NCBI RefSeq assembly: GCF_001949145.1
Contig: NW_019091361.1
Coordinates: 915,452-979,451, forward strand
Length of the DNA: 64,000 nucleotides
Direction of reading: 5' to 3'
DNA from: Acanthaster planci
Taxonomy: Eukaryota
Part shown: piece by piece, positions 27,401 through 42,400 of the stretch
How positions within the stretch are numbered: position 1 is the stretch's first letter
How the letters are laid out: every line of letters starts with the position of its first letter
Position numbers and translations under genes: made by a program
Notes under the pieces: generated by a model
Seen by the model: only the letters and a program-made list of their open reading frames with translations
Databases searched by the model: none
Told to the model about the DNA's origin: nothing

Positions 27401-30400
27401 AATTTTCTTGAGCTTGGATGTGTAATGGACATGCATGTTGAAAAAAAAGGAACATGATGTATATTTGTACAAGTTTACATACATGTTTATATGTACTGTA
27501 CATACCGGTATGTGTGTTGTACATGTACGTACATTGTACATGTTCATGTTATATTCATTAGTAGCCAGCTACCGGTATGATACATGTACTCCAACCATGC
27601 CAACCTGTTATTTGTGAATTTGAAAATGTATCATATTACTTTGGTTTTTCACTATTGTGACCTAAAGGCCAAGATTGCAAGGCTCAGTACATGCGTGTAC
27701 CACTCAGTTTGAGTGTAGACCTGTCTGTGGGATTTTGTGACCCTGTTTAGAGTCTGTTGGGTGTGGGAAGCCCATAAGCAACATTTGATCTCATGCTCTG
27801 CAGGCATGACAGGTACATGTACCTGTAAATGTACCTGAGTATGTCATACATGTGCATGTACAGTTCTGGAATACATTTTGGTTGTCAGGAAGTCTGATAA
27901 GGTCTTTGCAATCTCCCTTCATTTTCTTCGTACCACCAAAAAATGGGAGGGATGATTCATGTACATGTACATGTATATGTACACCTTGTACATCTTGTAG
28001 TAGCTTCATGCAGGACATGCAGAACTTTTTTTGGACCCGTACTGTATGCAATGGTAATGGTGCACTGGTAACAGTACATTGTATCAGTATAATGCCACAT
28101 GTACATGTAATGTACTGTATTCCTGGTAGGTCTGAGCACTACATGCAGTACCGGGTACTTTCGTCTTCAGTATTAGTATTAAGCATGAGGTTGCGACAGT
28201 GCGGAAGAAGCCACTTTTGTACCACATTTGCGCGTGTATTGTACATGTACATAGTTTCTCAGGCGGTTCATGTACACGTAAAATGTTGTCTGCTTGAAGA
28301 ATGTAAACTTATTTCATTGCAAAATACTTACTGTATCCATGTTTATTAAGTACTAAGTCTGAATGGATTGAAGATTTGACAATGGGCACTACTACTGAAA
28401 AGTGTGACACTGTTCGATGGCATTCCCAAAACAAACTACATGTACATACATGTAAATTCGGATACCATAACTTAGTGTTGAGTGAAATCAAAAGCCTTAT
28501 CCACATACTCATATACTTGCAAAAAAACAAAGCAGTCCAACAATGGTTGACAATGACTGCCTTCTTATGCGCTTTAGTCAATGGTTGACAATGACTGCCT
28601 TCTTATGCGCTTTAGTCATTGTGTACATGTACATGTACCCTATGTTACTGGGTTATGGGGACTACACCCTGGTCCCAGTTGAAATATACATTTACATGTA
28701 GATGTGACAGGGATCACAAATGTTATTGGGACAGTTTTTTCACAACTTGGTCCCGACTTTCCGATAAAAAAGAAAAAAGACGTACCCATGTACTCAGACA
28801 AGTATCTAAACAGTATATGCTGGCAGTACTTGAGTCCTTGTATACATGTTCAGTACATATATATGTACATGTAATACAGGGGTGCATGTCACTTTGCAGG
28901 TATTGTGCGGTACGTACATGTACGTGTATGTAAAGCTGGACGCACATGTACATGTACAATGCCTTTTCACCTGTTCATCCCACTTGTACTTGCACCTAGT
29001 ACATGTACGTATATGTATTTAACTCAAGTCTCAGTTGAAGCCATAATCAGTCTTCATTTTGTCTGTCTCTTTTGAAGATATATCCAGCTGTGATAAAGTG
29101 GAAGTCCTTGGGAAAGCCCTCCCTCATTCCTATGTTCATTTACTGACCCTCTGAAATTACTTTCTAATGAAATTGTGTCAGCGTGACTTTTCATGAGGGG
29201 GTATTTGAGCGGCTTGTTTTTTTTTTGTTCTATTTCAGTTGGCTCCATGCTGTTCTTTCACAGGGTTGGTTTAACATGTAACCTATGAAGTGATTATTTA
29301 TGGGAGGGCAGTGGGACGTTTGATTTGGACATAGACATTGGTCATCTGCGTGCGTACACATACCTACCAGCATGTCGAATCAAACTTTTCATTGGACATC
29401 ACTGAATAAGGGCAAGCATTACTTTTGAGCAAGTTTACTGTTTACATGTATGGACATGCAAGATTTGTGTGTCTGCTTAGAGGTACAGCACTACACGTGC
29501 TCATGGGCATTTGTGTACTGCAAAATACCGGCAGTATTCATTTAATGAGAAATATTTGATTTACATGTAAAATCAGCCGTTTGAAACTGACATTTAAAAT
29601 GGATTAACTGTAGGGCATGTACGTTGTATCGGTACAAGTGCTGAGGTCATGTTTCTACTGCTGCCATAATTGGGGATATTTGCACAGTAGCGTTGAATGT
29701 TTATTACATCGAATGTATTACAGTGCACATTGATCAGTTCACTGACTTCAAAACGTAGCACTTGCATGTGCAAAGGTACGGCAATAAAAATGGAATAAAT
29801 GCACAAGCAAGGCAAAACTGTCTGATCGACAGCACATGTATCATCCATTTTTGAATGTGTGTATACGTGTACATGTATGTATCAGTATGGAGATTATAAG
29901 AATCAGAGAGAATGACTTGAGTTCTATGGTAGAATTGTTCCTTCGTCGTCAGCTGTCCATATTGTGTTGCTGTCTCCCCAGCTTGTGCCGCACACTGTGT
30001 ATTTACTGTTGACGCCGTTTTCGTTTGAATTATTCCAGGATCACGGCATTGTGTGGCGACTATTACGTTGGCGGACGACAGTTCCCATCCCTGGCTGAAT
30101 TGATTGGTTATTACACTCACGTCTCCAATATCTTGAAGAATGAGAGGTTGCTTTATCCTGTCCCTCCGCCTGAGGTAGGCTGGCATGCATGCACAGATAG
30201 AGATATAGATTTGCAGTAGTGTTTTGGGTGGGGGGTCCAAATTATTGTCACCAATTTTTGCTTTCTTTTGACATACAGTACAAATAGCGTGCTTTCATCA
30301 TTAGCTTTAAAATTTGTTGTCTTGATCTTCATCTATACACATACATGTACCTTTAATTTTTCCCTAATATGTTGAGTTCCTTTCATGATTCATTACCTTC

Positions 30401-33400
30401 CTTTCAAACCCATTTCTTGCTCAGTTTTGTGTGGTTTTTATTTGCATTTTACGATATATATTGTGTTGCTTCATTTGACTTTTACATGTACCTTGGGTTG
30501 CCCCCACAAATTGCTGTTTTGACTTGTTGTCTTTTGCCAGCCTCTGATTGATGACAGGAAGAAAGTTGTGGCTGTCCTGCCTTATACTAAAGTGCCTGAC
30601 ACAGATGAGCTCAGGTAGGTTTTAAAATGACCACATCCGCAGACAGAAATTTTTGTCACACCATTTTTGGCCCACACTGTAGACTCACCTCTGCAGAATG
30701 CGATGAAAAGAAGCGTCTGTGTTTTGTAAGTTAATGTTAAATTCGATGCGATCAGGTTTATTTTCCTTGGAGAGACAAAGTTTCCTCATTATAAACGAAT
30801 AATTTTTAATGGCACACAGCTTTGAAGTTTGTGCTTGTTCAAACACATAGACTGTGTTATTCATGTACTTGAACATGTATCTGGAGGAAGAAGTTGAGCT
30901 TGAAGATTGTACTCATATTGTAGAATTCCAATAAATAATAAATCCATTTATTACAAACATTCCAACCTGGTGCATTCCAACATTGCAACCTACAGTAGTT
31001 CGGTAGATTGTCATTCTGGATGAGGGGGTCCTGGATGAAGGGAAGGGGGAAGGTACATGTGTAAGGGTGCATTTAAGGACTTGCAGATCCCTCCCCCCCT
31101 AGAAAAACATTGCTTGGATTTATCTTCATGGTACATGTATTTAAAGGGTACTTGTCGTGAATTTCCCTGAAGAAATGCACATGAGGTTTCTGCATTACAT
31201 ACATGCAGATGGCATCAAACTTACTGGCAAATTGCTTGTAAATTTCCATCAGCAGAAAAATAAGAAAGCAACCAAAGGCCTCAAAAAAGGCTCAACTGGA
31301 AGTTCGAATGTATAAGTAGGACACAAGGGAATCAGCTGAACATTACAAGAACTGCTTGCCTAAAATTACACTGCATGGTGACAGTCCCCTTAAAGCATAC
31401 CCCACATGTAAATGCCGCAGTTAGGCCAGCAGTATCATTCTCTCCTGCACTACTCACACGCTGACACCCTTCGTCAACTCAGTGGCCCCTCCATCAGGAT
31501 TCCCTGACCCAGCAAATTATAGTTTATTTACAGTTGGCAAGCCCCTTGGCTGAATTGTGACATTTTGAATTATATTGGATGACATGTACCAGTAGGGGTA
31601 CACCATGGCCTTAGAACGTGCCTTGAAACAATTGCATGAGGGGGGGGAGGTTGGTATGTGCATACACGATACATGTATGTGTACAAATGGAAGATGGTTT
31701 GGGGGTGTCTTTAAACAAACCATTATTGTTGTCTGGCGGTACTGAAATACATGTAACTACTATAAATTGTCTTGCATGTGGTAGGGTACGTGTATGTTCA
31801 CCATTTTGCTGTAATATAAACCTACACTGTAGTGATTTTGCAATATAGATGACACAATATTCCGATGGCAAAACTTGATACTGTGTTTGTGTTCATGAAT
31901 GTGATGCTTTGAGTCATTGTCATTCCATTGCAATTTAGTATAATGCTGGATTGAAGAAAAAAGAGTTGGCATCATCCAAGCAGAATTACAGTTGAATGCA
32001 TGAATTCACAAGCTTGTCAGACTTTAAATGACACATACATGTACATCTGTTTTCACAGCATAGACTTCAGTATGTGTAGGTAGGTTGAAGGGTTAATAAA
32101 TGGAAGAACATACATGTATATACTTGTTTTATCTTCAAGCCAACTTGAATCCTCAATTCTGATCGGTCGATCCATGGCAACAAACAGTGTGATATGTTAC
32201 ACAGTCCATGTCAAAACCCGCATAATGTATTGTTCAACCGGTAACTCCGCATATTGCGCACTTTTTACTTTAAAAGCAAAACGGTTAAAAATGCATATCT
32301 TGAAAAATTATGGTAAATTCAAATATGGTGCCTTTGCGCTCATAGGCACCTACAGCACATGTATATAACATCTCCACTGCATGTCAAGTTTGCTTGAAGA
32401 TAAATCTTTTATCATGCTTGCACTCAGGGAACATGGAATTGTGGGTATACAGGACACAGAACTTCATGAACATACCCCACAGCCTTCAGACTTTCAGGCT
32501 TTCCAGTTTCGTCTTTCCAGCCAACTTCTCTTATCACGTGTTTGGTTGACTGGCAACCCAGATAAAAATTAGGAAATTAGCAACATGGTCTAAAAGTTTT
32601 GAATCAGTAGCACAGTACCGATGCACATTTACCTGTTAATACAGAAGAAGTACTGCCGGTATATTTACGTGTAGGTTTCGTCATAAAACAGGCATGCCAA
32701 ACTGATTGTTGTTGTGTGCAAACTATTTGATACAGTTGTGCCAAGTCACCCCATAGATGATAATTTCTAAATTTGAAGGGAAAGAAAGACTTGTTTGAGA
32801 GTGTAAGCCTAATGTATGTTTTGTTCTTGGTTGCAGCTTTTCTGCAGGAGAGGTGTTTGTCGTCCATAATGAATTGGGAGACGGTTGGCTATGGGTCACT
32901 TCCCAAAGAACAGGAGAGAGTGGCATCGTCATAGATGACCTGGTCAAAAGCATAGTAAGTTGATTTATATAAGATTCTTTTTTTTTTCACGTGAACAAAG
33001 AAATCTGAAATTGCAAGTCATGTTAACCTGCACCGACACTTGATTTGGGGGATAATTGGTGCCAACATTTGAGATACTGTCGATGCCAATAGTTTTTTCT
33101 TGCATAGATTTTCAGAAGTGATGCATGCAGGTAGCCCATTCTTTTTCAAATTTTCTGTCGTTTTACTTGGCAGTGCCTTAGTCTTGTGCCTCTTTTAGTG
33201 GTTGGTGATCGAGATAAAATGAAGTACTCTCTGCATGTTCATGTGTAATGCTAATATATACATATATAATACAAACAGCTGTAGATGTTTGTACCCATTA
33301 ATGTAAGCTTGTACAATGTACATTTACAAGTCCCACACTTGTTTTAAGATTGAAACAATACAGCAACAATGTATACTGCTACTTGCATAATCTGTATGTT

Positions 33401-36400
33401 CATTCAAAAGCTGTGTGCATGCACATGGACATGTGCGTTTCAAACACTCAGATCATGCGTGGGTGCGGGAGATATTTAGAAAATGTGTTAAAGGTGTATG
33501 GTATGCAGACATGACAAAGTGCGTGAAATGCCCGCGGTGCCGTGCATTTTGAATGCATACGTATAGGTGTACATGTATCTCTGGCCGGTCCAGTATAGTG
33601 CCACGATGCACTCGGCTGCCTGTTCGTCCACCCTTCAAAGTGATCAATCGGAGATCATCAATTCAAGTGTTATGACATGCTGGATATTGATACAGCATCA
33701 CCCGTAATTTATTGATCAATAAATCGATGCCAGTGGACTGAGAAAACACTGCATCAACTGTACATGATTGTGTTGCTTGGCATTGTACAGTGTACATAAT
33801 AATGCATTACTATTCGCACACATTCTTTCGTGCATTTTATGTACTTGTAAACTTGATGTACTTGTAAACCATTACTCATACCGTATTAATACAATGTATG
33901 TAGTGCAATACACTGTACATGTACATGCACAAACACGAAGGCTTGCCATGTTTGCATGCATGCAGTGCATACCGGCACATGTACATGAAGACGTACATTG
34001 CACGTGCACACAAACTGGTTGTTGACAATTGAACAGTTGCTCCTTGTTAAAGTGCTCTACATTTACCATGTTTACAGAATTTCTCATTCAGTTTAATTCT
34101 TCCAAGTTTAAAACTTTATCAAACTACCGGAACATGTACTTGCCTACCCGGTGTGTAAAAACCTTCGTGTACGTGTATACATGTTGGTACATAGATACAG
34201 TATAGCAGTCTAATTTTCCTCCCAAAAGGGTTAAATGAAATGGACTCAGATATACAAGAAAAGTCCCTGAAACTGTGACCTCATGTTTTCCCTCAGAAAT
34301 ATTATTTTCTCTGGTTACCTAAATTTATTCATGGTTGTATTTGTTCATGTACTGGTACCTCTTGGCATTGGAGAGTTCTACATACATGTAAATGTTTATT
34401 GAAGTGAATTGAAAAATTGAAAATGGAAAAAGCCATTTACTAGCATACAATGTATGTAACGGTTATAAGAAAACGCTGTAGCTAAAAACGTACATCATTC
34501 AGTACACATGTTACCATTAAATACTGGCACCCATGTTCTGGTACATGTAGTCAGGACATGCCTTTGTTTTGTGTACATGTACAACTGTACTTGTAGTTAA
34601 GAACACTCAGTGGAAATACTTGTTTTTCTTGCAAGGTGAATATTCTTTTCAGCAGGATTTTTATTGACATTTTCCCTGACTATTCCTTTTCCTTTTGTCA
34701 CAGATAACCTACCGGTACGTTAACCCCTAAATGCCTTATCTTCTTTTCAGAAGGGAGACAACCTTGTGTGGATATAGGCGACTCTGCTAAACGTCTTTTT
34801 CTCTTGCATTGGTTGGACATCTTTTGTCCTTCAGTACAATGTACGTGCACCTGTACAAGGAGATGGCACACTTGTACAGATGAGCATGTAGTATGTACAT
34901 GTGCATGTATGTGTACGGGAACAGGAACTGATACCTGAATATTTGGGACATTACACCAGGTACATGTACATGCACATGTTACATGGAGTATATGTACATG
35001 TACATGTGATCTACATGTACGTGAACCTTGTTAACACCAAACTGATTAAGGAAGGTACATCTTTTTGCATTACACTAAGCAGAATCCTGTGGGACCCCTT
35101 TCACACATTTAAAAAAAAAATCAAAATACACCTTCAAGTTCTGGCACTGATACCTACATGTAGTTACTTGTACATGTAGCATGTACGGTTCATTTTTGTA
35201 AATTTTATAAATGATCCAAGTACGTGTTGAAATAATTGATCTAAGGGCTGACAGATGATTTGGACTGTATACACCGTGCATACATGTAATGGGTACATCT
35301 ACATGTACAAGAACATCCGTCTCATTATACAGCGCGTACGCATACCGGCTACATGTGTAGATAGTCCGCGATTGTGTATCGCTTTAATTGTATGACATAC
35401 ATGTTTGGACTTGTTTTTAGTGTACAGAAAAAAACACATTCATGTACATGTACAGTACCATACATGTACATGGACATGTGCATGTGCCTGTGCTGATTTA
35501 GCTGGAGACTTGAATACATGTCCATGTATGGGTTTATACATGTAAAGTGAGTTAAAGAGCTGAAAGTGTTGTGCCAGAAAACACCCAAGTTACCCTGTGA
35601 GAAGGAGGATGGATGGAAATTTAGTGCAGGTTTCCTGTAGAGAAGCTAGCAGAAGTTTGTGCATGTACATGAGAGGAGCACTGCTTACGTGTGTGTGTGT
35701 GTACCGAGAAAGTGAACATGTACATGTATTTGATGTACATGTACATTATATCAATGTTGAATCACAAACCCCTGTTCCATTTTTTTTCCCTCCTTTTTAC
35801 GTGATGAAGACTTCCTGGGGCTAGGCCTGTTGTACGTGTGTATCATGTACCAGTACATACCGTTCTTGTATATATCATTTTATATTTGAAGGAGCAGTTG
35901 CTCTTGCGCTGTATTGTTAGCCCTGTAACGATGATCTCATTTCATGGGAAGCGCCATGTGCATTCTTTTCAGGCACATGTGTGAAGTGGTCTCTAGTTGC
36001 GCATTCTGTTCTTCCTTTATTGTGGGAATCATTTTATTGTTAGAATGTCGCATTGCCAGTGTGAAGGCACTCACTGGTGATTGCAGTTTTGAGAAGGACT
36101 CATTCCTATATACATGTACATGTGTGTCATGTACGGGCACATGACAGGTGTACATGTATGTTTATGTATACTTCAGTGCAGTCTTCAATTTTAATTTAAA
36201 GACCTGTTTTTACTGTACTGCGTATACCGTAATACATAATATTTGAAAACCTGTGTTATTTTCAACATACCCGTAATGTTTTAAGTTGTACACAGACATC
36301 CGGTACATGTTTTGTAATATGTTTTCATGTGCTGTACATACCGAACTGTTTTAGGTATGCTTTTCTTTATTAAAGACTAGAGTAAAAGTCCTGCCTTTGT

Positions 36401-39400
36401 TTTGGTTTTGCTTACCCAGTTTATCGCTTTGTTTGTGGTCAGTTATTTGAGTGGTGTATGTTTTATTGTCAAGCTCAGTCTTTGTTTCAATTCTCTCTCT
36501 CTCTCTCTGCAGGATAAAGATACTGACATAAATGAAGGGAAAATGTAAGTACATGTTGGCAGTTCACAGTTTTGAGTCATACATGTACATGTATGTGCAG
36601 AAAGGTTGGTCCCTCGCAAAAAAGGCCCAACGCTGCTCTGTCACAGTTTTTGTCAGAAGAGCTTTCCCTGATGACTACCGAAAATGAAACAATAACAATG
36701 TGTACATGTAGCTCAGCATTTCTTTGTGTGTCACTTTAAATGAGAGCGTCTAAAGTTAACTTGAGCCGGATATCGGGGATAATCGAAACAACAATGCTGT
36801 TGATACATCATGTTTCTGTTACCTCATCCATTTTCAGTTTACATCATGTTGCGAAATGACAAAAGGAGGGGATTCAAAACAATGCAAGGCTGAAAAGTGC
36901 TGCCAAGATTTATTAGTTCAAATTTAATTTTTTGTTCCCAGAAAAAAAACCACAATAACTCGCGAACAACAAATTACATTTGGCCCATTCTAATTGGCTG
37001 TACATGTACATGTATTCTACATGTAAGTTAACTTTTTTATAGCTCTCCCCCCAAAAAAAAGAAACCCAGATGTAGTCCATTAAAGGGTAACAGAAATTGA
37101 CAATGTCTAGTTCATGTGAAGTATTTCAAAATAACAATAAATACGTAACCATTTCCAAAACATCGTTAATTTAATGTTTACCCCATTAATTGAGACCCCA
37201 AAAAGAATAAAAAGATTCTGCTCTTCCCCGCCCACAAAAAAATCCCCCTTTGGCCATTCGTGCTCCCAGGCTGATTGGATGACATCATTGCCAGAATGCT
37301 TAAAAGGGTAAACATTCAATTTACAATGTTTTATAAATGGTTACGTATTTATTGTTATTTTGAAATACTTCACGTGAACTGAATGTTTTCAATTTCTGTT
37401 ACCCTTTAAAAAGATGAAAAAGAAGTTTCATATAAAGTATAAATTTTGCTGCAAGAAATTTTTTTTTTAGGAATCATTGAACAACCAGTTCCTTGTGCTC
37501 CATTATGTTGGAAAATGTATCAAATACACATGTACATTTCTTGCTATACGGTACATTAACTCACATTTTGAGATTAGTGATTTCAATTGAAGGATGATGG
37601 ACAAAGCATGTAGACTTTATTCATAAATACCTTGGACAGTCTCCCTACTCAACAATGCACAACGTGACCCATGTATTAATATTTGATAATGCCCACTGTG
37701 ATTTGATAATGCCAACTGCATAAAAATGCATTAGCACCTACACTGTATTGGCCAAGAGTCTGTGTACTCCATGACATGCAGGACTCGCCATGCGTGTGCC
37801 AAGTCCAGATTCTTCTGGACTGTGTTCACAATGTACCCGTAAAATGGACAGGGTCGTTTGGGCTAATGAAAGTAAAATTCTTGAACAAATTCCTTGGAAA
37901 TTTATGATAGGGTGACTTCTTATGACTCTCTTAATAAATGGTATTTATGAATGAGAATAAATACCCGGTATGTACTTGGTCGTTTACAACCGGCTCAGGA
38001 GAATACTGCTGCTAATGCCCTCACCTGCAGCTAGTACTTAGTAACGTCCATTCTTCTGAGCTGGTCTGAAACAAACGGTACCTTACGTTTAAGTCCGGCC
38101 AAGCACATATTTATTTCCTCAAGTATACATGTACCTGTATGTCAAAATATCTTATTAACTGGTACACCTCTAAAAATGTGTTGCTATAGCAAACCCAAGT
38201 GATTTAAAAATCCCCAGGTTTATAGTAAAAAATAGGCATGTGCATGCACATAAACATTCCGTACCGGTAGGTTCCTCCTAGCACTAGATTTACACGTAAG
38301 AATAAATACACTAAAAAGATTAATTTGTAACTTGAACTACACGTAGGACCAGTGATATTCTGTATTAGCTCACAGTGTAAATGGGACAGCAGAAGGATCT
38401 AGTGTTTTGATGGGGAATTCAGTTGGGACAAGCAAACTAATTCTCACCATTGTCACTCTTTTCTTTGGGTCATTTACATGTAGATGGTATCATGGCAACG
38501 TCTCCAAAGAGGTTGCAGCGGAGTTACTACTCAAAGGTGCGTGCTTGTACACTGTTAGGTTCTGTGTTGGAGTCCAATCCGTCGCAAGTCTTCACAAGTC
38601 CATCACATGAAAAGTACAAGTTTGTGTTCCAAAATGACTCATGTTTCGCAAGGGTAAATTGGAATATGAAGAGTCGTGTATTTGAAATCATCCATGTGAA
38701 TTACATACTAATCATGAGCATTCATTCTGTTACTTCTGAATGTCAATTTCACACGTTCAATGTACATGCCCTGTGTTGTTGGACCCTGAAGCGACATTCA
38801 CATTCTAGTACTCAGAAAAAAGTTGTTACAGCTGGAGTAATTCTAAAATCATGCCAAGATTTGGTTATTGCTATTAGAAATCCTTCCATGTTGTTTGGTC
38901 AGTACTGATGGAAACTGGCTCTGTGACGAGTGACCGCCAAGTGTGACATTTTTATCCTTGCCTAGAAACCTACTGAAAATGTGAGCTGTGCAGAATACAG
39001 GTCATGCTTTTCGAAGAAGATTCATTTTAACACCCAGACCAAATTTTTTACTGGTAAGAGTCCTCATTACCACCGTGTACCTGTACATGTAACAAACAGT
39101 TGTTATGTGCATACAGGTGTATAATGTGTTAATAGCGTTTCCTTCTAATAATGTTGTACTTGTATGTGTTGTTCAGAGGGCGATGTCGGCAGCTATTTGG
39201 TTCGAAACAGTGACAAGAACCCTGGTGATTACTCCCTGTCGTTCCGCGGGCCCACAACAATCCAGAGGTTCCGAATCCAGAAACAGCAGCATCATTACAT
39301 GATGGGTGGACGAACTTATCACAGGTGAGAACCGGGTTGCATCATTAAACTTCTGACATTTCCATTCTTGCGCAAGCATCACTTTTGCAGTGAAAATAAT

Positions 39401-42400
39401 ACTCGGTGGCTTGTCCAATTTCACTGTGATTTTACACAAACCCAGGGAGTTGGGTTAATGTTACGTACAATGTACATGTACATGACACCAGTCTATCATG
39501 GATTGATGATTACATAAATAAACAGCTCTGTGGCTAAGGGGGGGGTGATTCACTGGATTTTCATGGACTCTTCACTCAATTTCATTGGTTACAAATTTTA
39601 CTAATCCATGAAAGTCCATGTTCAACTTGAGCTCGTTCTTCTAGTGATTTGGCAAACCACATGAAAAGGTTCTGTGTAATATCTATATGAACAAATTGTT
39701 TGCAAGGGTCCAATGTCAGAGAGATTCTTATTTGCAAAATGTTTTTGTTGTTTTTTTCTGTCCGAATCAAAACATGAGTCAGTGGCCAGTCATCAGAAAA
39801 AAGATTGCGTGACTGTCCGACAGGGAGCCAGTTATTGATAAGCTCTTATTTCCAGTGCTTAGAAAAAATGTTGTGCTTACTTTCTCTATTGCCCCGGGAT
39901 ATGGGTAATTCCAGAAATTAGGGGTCCAAACGTGTGACATTTCTGTGTCCCTGTAACATCTGACCTTTGTTATTTGACATGGAAATATCAACGGAATTTA
40001 TTTCAAACTATTACTATTTGTTTGGCAGGTAATTTGCACTAATTCATCACTCTTGGAAATTAGAAAATGTGTTCTGAGCTAAAAAAAAAATCATATGTCA
40101 GATGTGACAGGGACATGAAAAAAATGGACCCCTAATTTTTGAAATTTCGCATATGCATACAGTTGTTCGAGATGGATTTCCAGGAAGCTTTTCTTACCAT
40201 CCATTGTGGTCCGTGATTTTGTTCAATTGCAGTTTGGATGCCATCATTGACCATTACAAGAATGAAGAAATCGTCAACGGTTACAAGTTAGGTGCACCAG
40301 TTGTGCCAAAGGTAGCCATTTCTAAATCCATATTCATCATTGTCCACAGACTTTGTTTTAACCTTGAATGAGTCGAGATTGTATATTTTTGTATAATATG
40401 CGTGTATTTAGCTGCTTTCGCATATGTACATGTATCTCCTCCCCCCCACCTCACCTGTGAGATGGGCCAAAATAACCCGGCTCATTGCGGGTTAAAGCAC
40501 AATCACAGCCCACAGGAATGACACTTCTTCAACCTCGTATTTTGTCACTCCAGCACCGCTGGCTCAAGCTCTGCCGTAATATCAAGCAAACTGTACTGGT
40601 ACTTGTCAGTCTCTACTTGGCTTCCCTCATCCAGATTCAATAGCTTGGGGTTTTCCGCCCGCATCTACAGTATGCGTATATAGTCGGCATTTCCTTCCTT
40701 TTTTTATTCTTGGCGTATTTGCATTGCGGCATTGTGAAAATGTTCCCTTTCACTTCAATTTTCCTTGGCCCTTGACCAATAGATGCGTGGGAAGCAAAAT
40801 CCAAGAGATTAAAATTGGCAACCTGTCAGCACTGGAAAGTGGAATAATCTAAACTGAAGCTTGATAACAAAAAGTAGCCATCTTTCATGTTTGCTGAATG
40901 AAAGTTCTTTAATTACCTGTAATTGTATTCAACCTTTTTCTCCATTTTTTTTTCTAGTGCTGTTGTCATTAAGCCTCAATCCATCCCTTTAGGAATGACA
41001 TTTTAGCTTAGTTTAGTTTATTTATTTCCATATCTTAAATAAAATATTCTCATGAATTTAATATCAAAATAACAGAAATGATATGAGGATTCAAGATAGA
41101 AGCAAATGCTTGTAAAGATCTGTAACCTGTTTCTAATTATTTAAATAATGGGCTATTATTTGTATTATAAGATCAGAACAGAATAATTATCTATGTTTAA
41201 ATTATTAATCCTGTTAAATATTAATTCAATATTAGAATGTTCTGAGGCAAGGATTGGATTTTCCCATTATTTGAATTTTTTTTATTCCTGCCCTCTTCTG
41301 TCTCAAAAATTTAATTAGAAGTGTTTAGAAATAGATGCAGTTCATGCAGGGACGCATTATTATTCATTTATTTGTTTGTTTTTCATTTGCCTCTGTCTTT
41401 GTGCACTGTTGTAGAATTTGAAGATGAACCGCATAAATCCAGATTCCACTGTCAACTACGAGGACATACGCCGGAGGAGAAGCAGCGGAATGGTTATCAT
41501 GACAGGAACCGGCGATCGGATCGCAAGGCAGGGCTTCCTGAGTAAAAAGAGTAAGTGAGATCAGAGCTGAGACGGGAAACTAGCCGTGCGGAATGAGATT
41601 TCCCTTTGGTGAAAAATACTGGTGATTCACAATAGTGCGCCTCCAAGAGTTGGCAACGCGTTGGTCAATCACGACGCGCGAAATTTGTTGACCCTTTCCA
41701 AATGCGCATTAGGTTGGCAGATTTTGCACATTGTGATCGATCAACGCATTGCAAATTCTTGGAGGTGCACTGTTGTGAATCGCCCGTATTGCCGCTTGCC
41801 TAAATGTTTATGTGCACTTAGTGCAGGCCGCGCTGCCCATGCATAAGCAATTTCTATTGGCATGCACAGTCCTTCATGTGTTTGCCGGGCGCATGCACGA
41901 GCCCAGTTGGATAAATACTTACCAGCCTGTCACTTCATTTACTGATGAGGCTTCAGAGCAGATGCCTTCATGAGAACACAGAATTTTCTTTCTTGTACAA
42001 AATCATTCTCAAAAGTGCTTTTACAGAATGAAAAATTGAGGTCTTGTATCATCCAGTTTGTTACTTTTCCCCTGGATTTCCTTAACTTATATGAATGCAA
42101 GTTACAAGTACTTGGTGTATTCTCTGCCCCTGAACAAAGAACCTGTGTTGAGTTTACCATGTTTACATTGTGTTTCGGTCTGTTGTATTCTATCATTTAT
42201 GAGAGTTTTATGTTTGCTTTTCCTGGTATTTGATGGTTTTTAAATGTTGGGGTGACAGTAATGCATGTAAACCAATGAGACTTGCAGACCATTCCCCAAC
42301 CCACCCCTTCTAAAGCCTAGAACATGAGGCAAATATTAGTCCTGTTCACAAGCTTGAGCCTGTTTCAATTAATTTGCAAATTGAAACAGCACACATGGAC

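Noticed and set aside
34704..34714. 11-nt microexon (cag|ATAACCTACCG|gtacgt) with the same phases as RASA1 exon 6
   Set aside because: No homology support, and such short AG..GT matches arise by chance. It needs RNA-seq evidence.
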